This document shows, piece by piece, positions 36,906 to 47,183 of a stretch of 60,126 nucleotides of DNA; positions within the stretch are counted from its first letter, which is position 1; each line of letters begins with the position of its first letter. This stretch comes from Burkholderiales bacterium (GTDB taxonomy: Bacteria; Pseudomonadota; Gammaproteobacteria; Burkholderiales; SG8-39). The notes below the pieces were generated by a model, which was not told the origin of the DNA, ran no database searches, and worked only from the letters and a program-made list of their open reading frames with translations. The stretch lies in contig DASWEU010000124.1 of the NCBI GenBank assembly GCA_036394595.1, positions 1 to 60,126 on the forward strand. The letters are read 5' to 3'. The position numbers were made by a program, and so were the translations under genes.

Positions 36906-39653
36906 GTGAAGCGCATGTTATTCAACGCCACCCAGCAGGAAGAACTGCGGGTCGCGATAGTGGACGGGCAGAAGCTGGTTGACCTGGACATCGAGTCCGC
37001 CGCCAGGGAACAACGCAAGAGCAATATCTACAAGGGCGTCATCACCCGCATCGAGCCCAGCCTCGAGGCCGCCTTCATCGATTACGGCGAGGAGCGGCAC
37101 GGGTTCCTACCGTTCAAGGAAGTCTCCCGCAGCTACTTCAAGCCCGACATCGACGCCGGCCACGCCCGCATCCAGGACGCGCTGCGCGAAGGCCAGGAGC
37201 TGGTGGTCCAGGTGGAGAAGGACGAGCGCGGCACCAAGGGCGCGGCGCTCACCACCTTCCTCAGCCTCGCCGGCCGCTACTTGGTCCTGATGCCGAACAA
37301 TCCCCGCGGCGGCGGCGTTTCGCGCCGCGTCGAGGGCGAAGACCGCAACGAGCTGCGCGACGCCATCGACCAGTTGCAGGTGCCCGAAGGCATGAGCGTC
37401 ATCGCGCGCACCGCCGCCATCGGCCGCTCGGTCGAGGAGCTGCAGTGGGACCTGAACTACCTGATGCAGCTGTGGCAGGCGATCGACGGCGCCGCCCGCG
37501 ACAGCGAGAAGAAGCCCTTCCTCATCTACCTCGAGTCGAGCCTGGTGATCCGCGCCATCCGCGACTACTTCCAGCCCGACATCGGCGAGATCCTGATCGA
37601 CACCGAGGAGATCTGCGAGCAGGCGAAGGCGTTCATGCAGACGGTGATGCCGGCCAATGTCGGCATCGTCAAGCTCTACCGCGACGACGTGCCGCTGTTC
37701 TCGCGCTTCCAGATCGAGCACCAGATCGAGAGCGCCTACTCGCGGCAGGTCAATCTGCCCTCGGGCGGCGCCATCGTCATCGACCATACCGAGGCGCTGG
37801 TGGCCATCGACGTCAACTCGGCGCGCGCCACCAAGGGCGGCGACATCGAGGAGACCGCGTTACGCACCAATCTGGAGGCGGCCGAGGAAGTGGCGCGCCA
37901 GCTGCGGCTGCGCGACCTCGGCGGCCTGATCGTCATCGACTTCATCGACATGGAATCGCAGCGCAACCAGCGCGACGTCGAGAACCGCCTGCGCGACTCG
38001 CTGCGCTACGACCGCGCGCGCGTGCAGATCGGCAAGATCTCGCGCTTCGGCCTGATGGAGCTGTCGCGCCAGCGGCTGCAGCCTTCGCTGGAAGAGACGG
38101 CGCACATCAGCTGCCCGCGCTGCAGCGGCACCGGCTTCATCCGCGGCACCGAGTCGACCGCCCTGCACGTCCTGCGCATCATCCAGGAAGAGGCGATGAA
38201 GGAAAACACCGGCGCGGTGCACGTGCAGGTACCGGTGGACGTATCGTCCTTCCTGCTCAATGAAAAGCGCGCCGAGATCCAGAAGCTCGAGTCGCGCCTC
38301 AAGGTCAACATCGTGCTGGTGCCCAATCCGCACCTCGAGACGCCGCACTACAAGGTGCAGCGCCTCAAGCACGACGAGTTGAACGCGATGGAGCACGTGC
38401 CCTCGAGCTACGAGATGGTCGAGCGCCCCGAGGAACCCAAGGCGCCCGGCGCCGAGGCCGAGGAGAAGCGCGAGCGCCAGGAGGCGGTGGTCAAGGCGAT
38501 CACGCCGAGCGAGCCCGCCCCCATCATGCCGGAGGCACCGCCCCGGCCGCCGCGTACTCCGGAATTTCAGCCTCCATCTCAGCCTCAGCAGTCCCAGCCC
38601 CGACCGCAACCCGCCGCGACGGCCGAAGCGCCCAAAGGCTTCCTGTCGCGCCTCTTTGGCGGTCTATTCAGCCAACCGGAGCAAAGCGCGCCGGTGGCAG
38701 CGCAAGCTGCGGCGGTCGAAAGGGCCCAGGCCCAGCGCCAGAGCCAGCGTGACGGACGCCGCGACGGACGCGATGGACGCGGTGGCCGTGATGGACGCGA
38801 TGGACGCGGCGGCCGTGATGGACGCGGCGGCCGCGATGGTCGTGACCATCGCCGCGATGGACGCGATGGACGCGGTGGCCGCGACGGCCCGCGCGACGAC
38901 CAGCGCGGCAACAACCCGCAGGGACGCCTCGAGCAGCGACGCGGCGGACCGCAGCGGGACGGCGAGCGCCGCCCCGACCAGCGCCCACCCCGGCAACCGC
39001 ATCAGGGCCAGCCGCAAGGACAGCCGGGACAGCCGCAAGCTCCCGCACCGGGTCAGCCGCAAGGCCAGCCCCGTGTGCAGGCGCAGGGACAACCGCAAGG
39101 CGGCCGCCCGCCCCAGCAGCAGGGCCAGCAAGGCCCTCGCCCGGAGCGCGACGGCGACGAACAAAGGCGCGGTGGTCGCAATCGCCACCGGCGTGACCGG
39201 CAGCGCGAGCGCGGCGACGCGCAACCGTCCGTGTCCGCGGAGACTTCGCACGCCCGGGAAGCCCAACTGCAGCGCGAGGAAGCCCTGCGGCTTGTACGCG
39301 AGGAATCAGCCCAGGGCAGCACACCGCATGCGCATGCGCCAGCCGAAGCGCCCGCCCCGCGCCACGCGGAGCCCCAGTTCGAGGCGCCCGCGCGCAGCGA
39401 AGAGCGCCAGCTCGAGGTTCCAGCGCATGTCGAGGAACGCCAAGCGCCTCCGCCGGCACCTGCGCCTAAGGTCGATCCCCGCGAAGTGCTGGCCGATTCG
39501 GGCCTGGTGATGATTGAGACGGACCGCGCCAAGGCGCCGGCAGCCCCGGCGGCGACCGATGAGCCGCAGCAGCTCGGCCGTCCCCGCCACGAGCGGCCCA
39601 AGCCGGCGGCACCGCAGGACGAGCCGCTCGAGCAGGTCGAGACTAGGAAGTAG
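36906..39653 (+). CDS. rne: ribonuclease E
   Basis: [21 protein letters not shown], the S1/5'-sensor/DNase I-like catalytic N-terminal half, the CPRCSGTG Zn-link, and a long low-complexity Arg/Gly/Pro/Gln-rich C-terminal scaffold. GTG start. Confidence 0.95.
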   Translation: MKRMLFNATQQEELRVAIVDGQKLVDLDIESAAREQRKSNIYKGVITRIEPSLEAAFIDYGEERHGFLPFKEVSRSYFKPDIDAGHARIQDALREGQELVVQVEKDERGTKGAALTTFLSLAGRYLVLMPNNPRGGGVSRRVEGEDRNELRDAIDQLQVPEGMSVIARTAAIGRSVEELQWDLNYLMQLWQAIDGAARDSEKKPFLIYLESSLVIRAIRDYFQPDIGEILIDTEEICEQAKAFMQTVMPANVGIVKLYRDDVPLFSRFQIEHQIESAYSRQVNLPSGGAIVIDHTEALVAIDVNSARATKGGDIEETALRTNLEAAEEVARQLRLRDLGGLIVIDFIDMESQRNQRDVENRLRDSLRYDRARVQIGKISRFGLMELSRQRLQPSLEETAHISCPRCSGTGFIRGTESTALHVLRIIQEEAMKENTGAVHVQVPVDVSSFLLNEKRAEIQKLESRLKVNIVLVPNPHLETPHYKVQRLKHDELNAMEHVPSSYEMVERPEEPKAPGAEAEEKRERQEAVVKAITPSEPAPIMPEAPPRPPRTPEFQPPSQPQQSQPRPQPAATAEAPKGFLSRLFGGLFSQPEQSAPVAAQAAAVERAQAQRQSQRDGRRDGRDGRGGRDGRDGRGGRDGRGGRDGRDHRRDGRDGRGGRDGPRDDQRGNNPQGRLEQRRGGPQRDGERRPDQRPPRQPHQGQPQGQPGQPQAPAPGQPQGQPRVQAQGQPQGGRPPQQQGQQGPRPERDGDEQRRGGRNRHRRDRQRERGDAQPSVSAETSHAREAQLQREEALRLVREESAQGSTPHAHAPAEAPAPRHAEPQFEAPARSEERQLEVPAHVEERQAPPPAPAPKVDPREVLADSGLVMIETDRAKAPAAPAATDEPQQLGRPRHERPKPAAPQDEPLEQVETRK
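38751..38889 (+). repeat. in-frame tandem 9/18-nt repeats encoding (DGR/DGRGGR)n inside the rne C-terminal half
   Basis: GACGGACGC / GATGGACGCGGYGGCCGT units are repeated and translate as [47 protein letters not shown]. Confidence 0.8.
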
Positions 39654-39676
39654 CCCGGTGCAGACAAGGAGCAGCT

Positions 39677-41695
39677 TCATTCCGACGCGATTTCGACGCC
39701 GAATACGCGCTTCTTGAGCTCGGCGAGCTGGTCGCGCGCCTTCGCCGCATCCTCGAATTCCAGGTTGCGCGCGTGGCCCAGCATCTTCTTTTCCAGGGCC
39801 TTCATCTCGCGCGCAATCTGCTTCTCGCTCATCGCTTCGTAGCGCGCCTCTTCCTGCGCCGCCTGGGCCGCGCTCGCGTCGTAAACGCCGTCGATCATGT
39901 CCTTGATGCGCTTGACGATGCCCAACGGCGTAATGGAGTTCTTCTTGTTGTACAGAATCTGCCGATTGCGCCGGCGTTCGGTCTCGGCAATCGCCCGGTT
40001 GATCGATCCGGTCATCGTGTCGGCATAGAGGATGGCGGTGCCGTTGATGTGCCGGGCGGCGCGCCCCATCGTCTGGATCAGGGATCGCTCCGACCTGAGG
40101 AAGCCTTCCTTGTCGGCATCCAGGATCGCCACCAACGATACTTCCGGCAGATCGAGCCCCTCGCGCAGCAGGTTGATGCCCACCAGCACGTCGAATTCGC
40201 CCAGCCGCAGGTCGCGGATGATTTCCACGCGCTCCACCGTCTCCACCTCGGAGTGCAGGTAGCGCACTTTTACGCCGTGCCCCGCGAGGTAATCTGTCAG
40301 CTCTTCGGCCATCCGCTTGGTCAGGGTGGTGACGAGGACGCGCTCCTTCTTTTTCACTCTCAAATTGATTTCGGACAGAAGATCGTCCACCTGCGTCGAT
40401 GCAGGGCGCACGATCACCTGCGGGTCGATCAGGCCGGTCGGCCGCACCACCTGCTCCACCACCTGGGCCGATTTCTCGCGCTCGTAGTCCGCCGGCGTCG
40501 CCGAAACGAACGTCGTCTGCCGCACCACCGCCTCGAACTCGTCGAAGCGCAGCGGCCGGTTGTCGAGCGCCGAGGGCAGGCGGAAACCGTACTCGACCAG
40601 GTTTTCCTTGCGCGAGCGGTCGCCCTTGTACATGCCGCCGAGCTGCGGGATGGTGACATGGCTCTCGTCGACGATCATCAGCGCATCCGGCGGCAGGTAG
40701 TCGATCAGCGTCGGCGGCGGTTCGCCCGCCTTGCGCCCCGACAGGTGCCGCGAGTAGTTCTCGATCCCCTTGCAGAAGCCCAGTTCGGCCAGCATCTCGA
40801 GGTCGAAGCGCGTGCGCTGCTCGATGCGCTGCGCCTCCACCAGGCGTCCCGCCTTCTGGAAGAACTCGATGCGCTCGCGCAGCTCCCCCTTGATCGCCTC
40901 GATGGCGCGCAGCGTGGTTTCGCGCGGCGTCACATAGTGGCTCGACGGGTAGACGGTGAAGCGCGCCATCGGGTGCAGCACGCGCCCGGTCAGCGGGTCG
41001 AAGATCTCGATCTTTTCCAGTCTGTCTTCGTCCAGCGCGATGCGTACGGCATGCTCGGCGTGCTCTGCCGGAAAGACGTCGATGACGTCGCCGCGCACGC
41101 GGAAGGTGCCGCGGCGGAAATCGAGCTCGTTGCGCTCGTACTGCATCGCCACCAGGCGCGCCAGCACGTCGCGCTGCGCCATCTTTTCGCCCTGGCGCAG
41201 GTGCAGGATCATGCCGTGGTACTCGGACGGGTCGCCGATGCCGTAGATCGCCGACACCGTCGCCACGATCACCACGTCGCGCCGCTCCATCAGCGACTTG
41301 GTGGCCGACAGGCGCATCTGCTCGATGTGCTCGTTGATCGACGAGTCCTTCTCGATGAACAAATCCCGCGCCGGGACATAGGCCTCGGGCTGGTAGTAGT
41401 CGTAGTAGGAGACGAAGTACTCGACCGCGTTTTCCGGCAGGAACTCGCGGAACTCGGCATACAGCTGGGCGGCGAGCGTCTTGTTCGGCGCGAACACCAG
41501 CGCCGGCCGACCGAGGCGCGCGATGGCGTTTGCCATGGTGTAGGTCTTGCCTGACCCGGTGACGCCGAGCAGCGTCTGGAAGGCGAGGCCGTCGAGCATG
41601 CCCTCGACCAGCTTGTCGATCGCCTCCGGCTGGTCGCCGGCCGGCGCGAACAGCTGGTTGAGCCGGAACGGGCTGTTGGGAAACGTGACGACCAC
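39677..41695 (-). CDS. uvrB: excinuclease ABC subunit B
   Basis: [17 protein letters not shown], Walker [13 protein letters not shown], and a C-terminal UVR domain. The start is placed at GTG 41695, giving 672 aa (E. coli UvrB is 673 aa). The ORF-track start at 41749 would overlap the divergent aminotransferase. Confidence 0.9.
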   Translation of the reverse strand: MVVTFPNSPFRLNQLFAPAGDQPEAIDKLVEGMLDGLAFQTLLGVTGSGKTYTMANAIARLGRPALVFAPNKTLAAQLYAEFREFLPENAVEYFVSYYDYYQPEAYVPARDLFIEKDSSINEHIEQMRLSATKSLMERRDVVIVATVSAIYGIGDPSEYHGMILHLRQGEKMAQRDVLARLVAMQYERNELDFRRGTFRVRGDVIDVFPAEHAEHAVRIALDEDRLEKIEIFDPLTGRVLHPMARFTVYPSSHYVTPRETTLRAIEAIKGELRERIEFFQKAGRLVEAQRIEQRTRFDLEMLAELGFCKGIENYSRHLSGRKAGEPPPTLIDYLPPDALMIVDESHVTIPQLGGMYKGDRSRKENLVEYGFRLPSALDNRPLRFDEFEAVVRQTTFVSATPADYEREKSAQVVEQVVRPTGLIDPQVIVRPASTQVDDLLSEINLRVKKKERVLVTTLTKRMAEELTDYLAGHGVKVRYLHSEVETVERVEIIRDLRLGEFDVLVGINLLREGLDLPEVSLVAILDADKEGFLRSERSLIQTMGRAARHINGTAILYADTMTGSINRAIAETERRRNRQILYNKKNSITPLGIVKRIKDMIDGVYDASAAQAAQEEARYEAMSEKQIAREMKALEKKMLGHARNLEFEDAAKARDQLAELKKRVFGVEIASE

Positions 41696-41734
41696 GGGTA
41701 GAATCTCGCTCGAGAAACCGGAAAGTTTAACAGG

Positions 41735-42937
41735 ATGAACGCGCCACACTCCCTCTCCCCGCTCGCCGCGGTCGCCATGGCGCCGAAGGACCCGATCCTC
41801 GGCGTCACCGAGTCGTTCGTCGCCGACCAGAACCCGAGCAAGGTCAACCTCGGCGTCGGCGTCTATTACGACGACAACGGCAAGGTACCGCTGCTCGGGT
41901 GCGTACGCCGCGCGGAAGACGTGCGGGTAAAAAGCGGAGCGCCAAAGTCCTACCTGCCGATCGACGGCATTGCGGCCTACGACCGCGCGGTACAGGAACT
42001 TGTATTTTCAAAAGTATCAAAGAACATCGTCACCGTTCAGGCACTGGGTGGCACCGGCGGCCTGAAGATCGGCGCCGACTTCCTCAAGCAGATCAGCCCC
42101 GCTGCGACGGTCTGGATCAGCGAGCCGAGCTGGGAGAACCACCGCGCGCTGTTCGAAGGCGCCGGTTTCCCGGTCAAGGAATATGCGTACTACGACCCGA
42201 AGACGCACGGCCTGAATTTCGACGGCATGATCGGCGTGCTGAACAAGCTGCCCGCGGGCGCCATCGTGGTGCTGCATTCGTGCTGCCACAACCCGACCGG
42301 GGTTGACCTCAGCAGGGAAAACTGGCAATCCGTGCTCGAGGTCGTGCGTGCGCGCGGCCTGATTCCTTTTCTCGATCTCGCCTACCAGGGCTTCGCCGAC
42401 GGCACCGATGCCGACGCCTATGCGCCGCGCCTGTTCGCGGAAGCGACGCAACCCGTTTTCCTCTCGAGCTCCTTCTCCAAGTCCTTCTCGCTCTACGGCG
42501 AGCGCGTCGGCGCCTTCAGCCTGGTCGCCGGCAGCGCCGACGAGGCCGCGCGCGCCCTGTCGCACCTCAAGCGCGTGGCGCGCACCAACTACTCCAACCC
42601 GCCGACGCACGGGGCGGACATCGTCGCCCGCGTCCTCGCCTCTCCTGAGCTGCGCAAGCTGTGGGAGCAGGAACTCGCCGGCATGCGCGACCGCATCAAA
42701 GCCATGCGCAAGGCGCTGGTGGACGGCGTCCAGCGCCGCGTGCCGGGCTTCGATTTTTCTTTCGTCATGAAGCAGCGCGGCATGTTCTCCTACTCCGGCC
42801 TGACGCGGGAGCAGGTGCTGCGCCTGCGCAGCGACTATGCGATCTACACCATCGAGACCGGCCGCATCTGCGTCGCGGCGCTCACCAGCAAGAACATCGA
42901 TTACGTCGCCGACGCCATTGCCAAGGTCATTCAGTAG
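41735..42937 (+). CDS. aspartate/aromatic-amino-acid aminotransferase (class I, AspC/TyrB family)
   Basis: [22 protein letters not shown] and [14 protein letters not shown] (PLP Lys motif). An alternative start lies at ATG 41777. Confidence 0.9.
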   Translation: MNAPHSLSPLAAVAMAPKDPILGVTESFVADQNPSKVNLGVGVYYDDNGKVPLLGCVRRAEDVRVKSGAPKSYLPIDGIAAYDRAVQELVFSKVSKNIVTVQALGGTGGLKIGADFLKQISPAATVWISEPSWENHRALFEGAGFPVKEYAYYDPKTHGLNFDGMIGVLNKLPAGAIVVLHSCCHNPTGVDLSRENWQSVLEVVRARGLIPFLDLAYQGFADGTDADAYAPRLFAEATQPVFLSSSFSKSFSLYGERVGAFSLVAGSADEAARALSHLKRVARTNYSNPPTHGADIVARVLASPELRKLWEQELAGMRDRIKAMRKALVDGVQRRVPGFDFSFVMKQRGMFSYSGLTREQVLRLRSDYAIYTIETGRICVAALTSKNIDYVADAIAKVIQ

Positions 42938-42971
42938 CTTTTACGGGTAAAATCCCGCCCTTCGCTCCAGA

Positions 42972-43047
42972 TCCCCGATAGCTCAGTTGGTAGAGCGACG
43001 GACTGTTAATCCGCAGGTCGTAGGTTCGAGCCCTACTCGGGGAGCCA
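42972..43047 (+). tRNA. tRNA-Asn (anticodon GTT)
   Basis: TCCCCGATAGCTCAGTTGGTAGAGCGACGGACTGTTAATCCGCAGGTCGTAGGTTCGAGCCCTACTCGGGGAGCCA, a 76-nt cloverleaf with CCA encoded. Confidence 0.9.
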
Positions 43048-43054
43048 CTTACCG

Positions 43055-43768
43055 ATGCTGAACCTGTTCCGTCCGTTCCTTTCCCGGCTGCGCGACAAAT
43101 GGCGCGAGGTGCCGGTCAACGAAGGTCGCGTCTTTTCACGCGACCTGCTGGCGATGGACCAGGCGACCTTGATCCGCACCTGGCAGGACAACGATGCCTC
43201 GCCCGAGCGCCGCTGGTACCGCGAGCGCTACGCGCCGCAGGTCAAGGACAAGGACGTGCTCGACCTCGGCTGCGGCTTCAGCGTCGACGGCATTCACTTT
43301 CTGCGCAGCGGCGCGCGCGTCACCTTCGCCGACATCGTCGAGGACAACCTCGCCGCGACGCGGCGCGTGGCGGAGCATTTCAAGCTGCCGGCCGAGTACT
43401 ACTTCATCGACGACATCAAGCGCTTCAGGCTGCCGCACCGCTACGATTTCATTTTCGCCATCGGCAGCCTGCACAACGCGCCGTTCGACCTGGCGCGCAA
43501 GGAGGTGGCCGCGGTCGCCGCATTCCTGCGCCCGGGCGGCCTGTTCCTGCTGTTCACCTATCCGAAAGAGCGCTACGACCTCAGCGGCGCGCGCAATTTC
43601 CGCGAGTTCGGGCAGAAGACCGACGGCGAGCGCACGCCCTGGTGCGAGTGGTACGACGACGAGAAAATCCGCCAGCTCTTCGGCCCCGGCTTCGACCTGC
43701 GCTGGTCGAAGATCTTCGGCCGCGGCGACCAGCCCGACTTCAATTGGTTCGAAGTTGCCAAGCGCTGA
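43055..43768 (+). CDS. class I SAM-dependent methyltransferase
   Basis: Motif I VLDLGCGFSVDG, motif II VTFADI, and post-I/IV-like DFIFAIGSLHN. The ATG lies only 7 nt after the tRNA-Asn CCA end. An internal ATG (MDQATL) is an alternative start. Confidence 0.8.
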   Translation: MLNLFRPFLSRLRDKWREVPVNEGRVFSRDLLAMDQATLIRTWQDNDASPERRWYRERYAPQVKDKDVLDLGCGFSVDGIHFLRSGARVTFADIVEDNLAATRRVAEHFKLPAEYYFIDDIKRFRLPHRYDFIFAIGSLHNAPFDLARKEVAAVAAFLRPGGLFLLFTYPKERYDLSGARNFREFGQKTDGERTPWCEWYDDEKIRQLFGPGFDLRWSKIFGRGDQPDFNWFEVAKR

Positions 43769-43805
43769 AAAGGAAACGCCCCGGGAGCTTACGCGCCTGG
43801 GGCGT
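43766..43805 (-). terminator. rho-independent terminator (minus-strand sense), possibly bidirectional
   Basis: A 10-bp stem ACGCCCCGGG/CCTGGGGCGT (43776-43785 / 43796-43805, one G-T pair). On the minus strand it is followed by TTCCTTTTCA. It lies between the convergent methyltransferase gene and the small ORF / M48 peptidase unit. Confidence 0.65.
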
Positions 43806-43829
43806 CTCGGGTAAGGCAGTGCCGGCTGT

Positions 43830-43904
43830 TTAGCGGGCGCCGCTCCTGACCTGATGAGTTGATCCGGAGTAATGCCCGCCGGTCCTGCCTTGGTGGTCTC
43901 TCAC
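43830..43904 (-). CDS. 24-codon ORF behind an extended perfect Shine-Dalgarno; coding status uncertain
   Basis: The minus strand reads GAAAGGAGGTGATCCAGTG. The 15 nt AAGGAGGTGATCCAG are the exact complement of the conserved 16S rRNA 3' end. It then encodes MRDHQGRTGGHYSGSTHQVRSGAR* (GTG 43904, TAA 43832-43830), followed by the terminator. It uses AGA and AGG codons, which look unusual for this GC content. Confidence 0.3.
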   Translation of the reverse strand: MRDHQGRTGGHYSGSTHQVRSGAR

Positions 43905-43955
43905 TGGATCACCTCCTTTCAAAGTTGGGGACTTGAAATATATCAAATCATGGGC

Positions 43956-44738
43956 TTAGCGTAAAAGCCCCTCCGGCACCCCCTGGGGGAAGCGCTTGGC
44001 GATCTCCTGCTGCACCCTGGCCGCGCGGTTCTCCGGCGCGGGATGGGTGGAGAGGATTTCGGGCTGGCGCTTGCCCTTCGAGGCGTTGGCCAGCACCTCC
44101 ATCACGCCAAGCATTGCCCTCGGATCGTAGCCCGCCTCCGAAATGATGCGGATGCCAAGCGCGTCGGACTGCAGCTCGTCCTCGCGTCCGTACTTCATGT
44201 TGATCATCCCGCCCACCAGCTGGCCGACCTGCACGCTGGTGTAGTCGCCGCTGCCCACGGCAACCGCGCCGATCAGGCCCTGCGTCAGCTGCTCCTTGGC
44301 GATGCGCGCCGAAGCATGGCGCGCGATGACGTGCCCGATTTCGTGGCCGAGCACCGCGGCAACCTCTGCTTCGCTGCGCAGCAGGCGCAGCAGGCCTTCG
44401 GTGATGAAGATCGGGCCACCAGGGAGCGCGAAGGCGTTGACCGTGCGCGGATCGGCCAGGAGGTGAAAGCTGAATTTGTACGGGCTCTTCGCCACCGTAC
44501 TTTCGCGCACCAGGCGTTCGCCGATGGTCCGCACCGTCGCGCGCGCTTTTTCGTTGCGCGACAGTCCGCCCATGCGTGCCGCCATCTCGGGCGCCGTGCG
44601 GTAGCCGAGCGCGATCTCCTGCTCGGGCTTGAGCGCGACGTGCTGCTTCTCGCCGGTGAGCGGATTCTCGCTGGTCGAGGTGCAGTAGCTGACGATCGCC
44701 CCGAGGGCGACGATCAGCGCAATCGCGAGGCGCCCCAC
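43956..44738 (-). CDS. M48 family metallopeptidase
   Basis: HEIGH zinc motif (LGHEIGHVIARH), a downstream E, and an N-terminal hydrophobic segment. The start is placed at GTG 44738, 2 nt after the upstream stop. The ORF-track ATG at 44828 would overlap the upstream gene by 88 nt. Confidence 0.85.
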   Translation of the reverse strand: MGRLAIALIVALGAIVSYCTSTSENPLTGEKQHVALKPEQEIALGYRTAPEMAARMGGLSRNEKARATVRTIGERLVRESTVAKSPYKFSFHLLADPRTVNAFALPGGPIFITEGLLRLLRSEAEVAAVLGHEIGHVIARHASARIAKEQLTQGLIGAVAVGSGDYTSVQVGQLVGGMINMKYGREDELQSDALGIRIISEAGYDPRAMLGVMEVLANASKGKRQPEILSTHPAPENRAARVQQEIAKRFPQGVPEGLLR

Positions 44739-44740
44739 GC

Positions 44741-45598
44741 CTAGTCCAGCACACCCTGCAGGCGCTCGGGCGCCACACGCACGCTGACGCCGGCCCGCTC
44801 CTCCTGCAGGGTCATGGCAACGCGGCAATCGCGCTCGGCCCAGCCCCGCTGCATGGACTCGTTGAACTCCGCAAGCACGGCTTCGGCGATTCTCATTGGC
44901 ACTTTTTGCTGTCTTGCGAGTTCGAGGGCAAGCGTTAGATCCTTGTGAGCAAGTCGAAGCGTAAAGGCAGCCGGATCGTACTTGCCGGGCAGGAAATGCT
45001 CGGGCAGCCGGTCGAAGGTGCGCTTGCGCCCGGAAGCGCCCTGGCGGATGGCCTTGAAAAGCGCGAGCGGCTCCACGCCCGCCTTTACCCCGAGCGTCAT
45101 GACCTCGGCCAGCGCCGTCTGGATGGCGAAGCTGGCGCAGTTATGGGCAAGTTTTGCGATCGTTCCCGCGCCAATGGGACCGACGTAAAAGGGTTGGTCT
45201 CCGATCTGCTTCAAAAGAAATTTGTATTTCCTGAAAAGCGCCGGGTCCCCGCCAATCCAGATGGCCAGCTTGCCGCTCTCGGCGCCCTTGGGCCCCCCGC
45301 TCACGGGTGCATCGAGAAAACCGTGGATTTTCGCTTGAATGCGACGCACAACGTCCGGCGAGTTGGTGGACGTGTCGAACCACACTGCGCCGGGAGCAAC
45401 ACTTTTCGATATCGATTCGACTTCGGCCGGACCGGGAAGCGACGTAAAAAGCACTTCGACCCCCTGCAAAGCTTCGCCTGCGGATTTGCAGTTGCCCTTG
45501 CCGTTGAGATCGAAGCTCTGCAGCGCATGACCGGCAGACTCGAGGCGTGCCGCCATGTGGCGGCCCATGGCGCCCAGGCCGATGAAACCGATCTTCAT
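44741..45598 (-). CDS. NAD(P)-dependent oxidoreductase, 3-hydroxyisobutyrate dehydrogenase family
   Basis: MKIGFIGLGAMGRHMA Rossmann motif and the DAPVSGG motif. The start is placed at ATG 45598 (ATGA overlap with the upstream stop). Confidence 0.88.
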   Translation of the reverse strand: MKIGFIGLGAMGRHMAARLESAGHALQSFDLNGKGNCKSAGEALQGVEVLFTSLPGPAEVESISKSVAPGAVWFDTSTNSPDVVRRIQAKIHGFLDAPVSGGPKGAESGKLAIWIGGDPALFRKYKFLLKQIGDQPFYVGPIGAGTIAKLAHNCASFAIQTALAEVMTLGVKAGVEPLALFKAIRQGASGRKRTFDRLPEHFLPGKYDPAAFTLRLAHKDLTLALELARQQKVPMRIAEAVLAEFNESMQRGWAERDCRVAMTLQEERAGVSVRVAPERLQGVLD

Positions 45599-45915
45599 AG
45601 CTTGCGCTCGGCGAATACCTGCTTCGCGACCAGGGCGGCGGTGCCGGCGCGCGGCCAGCCGACGTAGAACGCGAGGTGGGTGATCAGCTCGATGATCTCG
45701 TCCTTGGTGACGCCGTTGTCGAGCGCGCGCCACAAGTGGCCGCGCAATTGCTCTGGCGCGTCCTGCGTCACGAGGGAGGACAGCGTGACCAGGCTGCGAT
45801 CGCGCTTGACGAGCCCCTTGCGCTCCCAGACGTCGCCGAAAACGACTTTGTCGGTCAGCTCGCCGAGCTTGGGGAAAACGTCGCGCACCTGGCCGATGGT
45901 AGATGGAGCGGGCAT
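45595..45915 (-). CDS. carboxymuconolactone decarboxylase (AhpD-like) family protein
   Basis: 106 aa; GLVKRDRSLVTLSSLV...ELITHLAFYVGWP is typical of the CMD family. Confidence 0.8.
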   Translation of the reverse strand: MPAPSTIGQVRDVFPKLGELTDKVVFGDVWERKGLVKRDRSLVTLSSLVTQDAPEQLRGHLWRALDNGVTKDEIIELITHLAFYVGWPRAGTAALVAKQVFAERKL

Positions 45916-45953
45916 TTCGAACCTCCGGAGTGTTAGAGCGGGAAAACTCTATC

Positions 45954-47183
45954 ATGGCGAAAATGGAGCGCGGCGAACCGGAATCTTTCTATGCCTGCGT
46001 GCGCCTCGGCGCGGCGCTCGCCGCCATGACCATCGGCGGCGCGGGCATGTACGCCATGGCAGTGGCGCTCGGTCCGGTGCAGGCCGAATTCGGCAGCGAC
46101 CGCGGCGGCGCCTCCCTGCCCTATACGCTCACCATGCTCGGCTTCGGCTTCGGCGGCATCCTGATGGGGAGGATCGCCGACCGGTTCGGCGTGTCCGTGC
46201 CGGTGATGATCGGCGCCTTTGGCCTCGGCGTCGGCTTTATCGTCGCCGGGAACTCCCAGAACCTGACGCAGTTCGCGCTGGCGCACGGCTTCTTCATCGG
46301 CCTGCTTGGCTGCGCAACCACCTTCGCGCCGCTGGTCGCCGACACTTCGCTGTGGTTCAACAAGCACCGCGGCATCGCGGTGGCGATCTGCGCCAGCGGC
46401 AACTACCTCGGCGGCGCGGTGTGGCCGCCGATCCTGCAGTACTTCTTCGACACCGCCGGCTGGCGCTCGACGTATATCGGGATCGGGATCTTCTCGACAG
46501 CGAGCCTGTTGTTGCTGTCGTTCTTCATGCGCAAGCGACCGCCGGCGCTGGAAGGGTCTGTAGTTACAGAAAGGAGAACTAGTCAGGAAAACCTTCTCGG
46601 TCTTTCCTCCAATTCGTTGATGGTCCTCCTGTGCGTTGCCGGTGTCGGCTGCTGCGTGGCGATGTCGATGCCGCAGGTTCACATCGTCGCCTACTGCGGC
46701 GACCTCGGCTACGGCGCGGCGCGCGGCGCCGAGATGCTGTCGCTGATGCTCGCCTTCGGCATCGTCAGCCGCCTGCTCTCGGGCTGGATCTCCGACCACA
46801 TCGGCGGGTTGCGCACCTTGCTCCTCGGCTCCGCTCTGCAGGGCATCGCGCTGCTGCTGTTCCTGCCCTTCGACGGGCTCACTTCGCTTTACATCGTCGC
46901 GGCGATGTTCGGCCTGTTCCAGGGTGGCATCGTGCCGGCCTATGCGCTGATCGTGCGTGAATACTTCAATCCGCGGGAGGCCGGGGCGCGCGTCGGCATC
47001 GTTCTGATGGCGACTCTGATCGGCATGGCGCTCGGCGGCTGGATGTCGGGCGCGATCTTCGACTTGACGGGTTCTTACCGCGCTGCCTTCATCAACGGCA
47101 TCGCCTTCAACCTGCTCAACCTGACGATTGCGCTGTGGCTTTTGAGGCGAGCATTTATCCGCAAAGCACTATTTCCGACCTAG
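45954..47183 (+). CDS. MFS transporter
   Basis: About 12 predicted hydrophobic segments, with GRIADRFG (motif A-like). The start is placed at ATG 45954. Confidence 0.85.
   Translation: MAKMERGEPESFYACVRLGAALAAMTIGGAGMYAMAVALGPVQAEFGSDRGGASLPYTLTMLGFGFGGILMGRIADRFGVSVPVMIGAFGLGVGFIVAGNSQNLTQFALAHGFFIGLLGCATTFAPLVADTSLWFNKHRGIAVAICASGNYLGGAVWPPILQYFFDTAGWRSTYIGIGIFSTASLLLLSFFMRKRPPALEGSVVTERRTSQENLLGLSSNSLMVLLCVAGVGCCVAMSMPQVHIVAYCGDLGYGAARGAEMLSLMLAFGIVSRLLSGWISDHIGGLRTLLLGSALQGIALLLFLPFDGLTSLYIVAAMFGLFQGGIVPAYALIVREYFNPREAGARVGIVLMATLIGMALGGWMSGAIFDLTGSYRAAFINGIAFNLLNLTIALWLLRRAFIRKALFPT

Noticed and set aside
38751-38889. Tandem short repeats that might suggest a CRISPR array or a VNTR-type non-coding repeat.
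   Set aside because: The units are 9-18 nt, directly abutting with no spacers, and in frame within rne coding sequence. They are not a CRISPR.
38584-39680. Several 100-280-aa ORFs on both strands inside the rne 3' half (38656-39510 +, 38664-39266 -, 38668-39459 -, 39053-39667 -).
   Set aside because: They are generated by the repetitive GC-rich Arg/Gly/Pro-coding region of rne. The rne frame is continuous and carries the recognisable protein.
43904-43920. Exact match to the 3' end of 16S rRNA, possibly a truncated rRNA operon remnant.
   Set aside because: Only about 17 nt match. The upstream sequence (CCTTGGTGGTCTCTCA) does not continue the conserved 16S helix 45 sequence. No ITS, tRNA-Ile/Ala or 23S follows. 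It is therefore treated as an extended SD or mimic (see findings), not as an rRNA gene.
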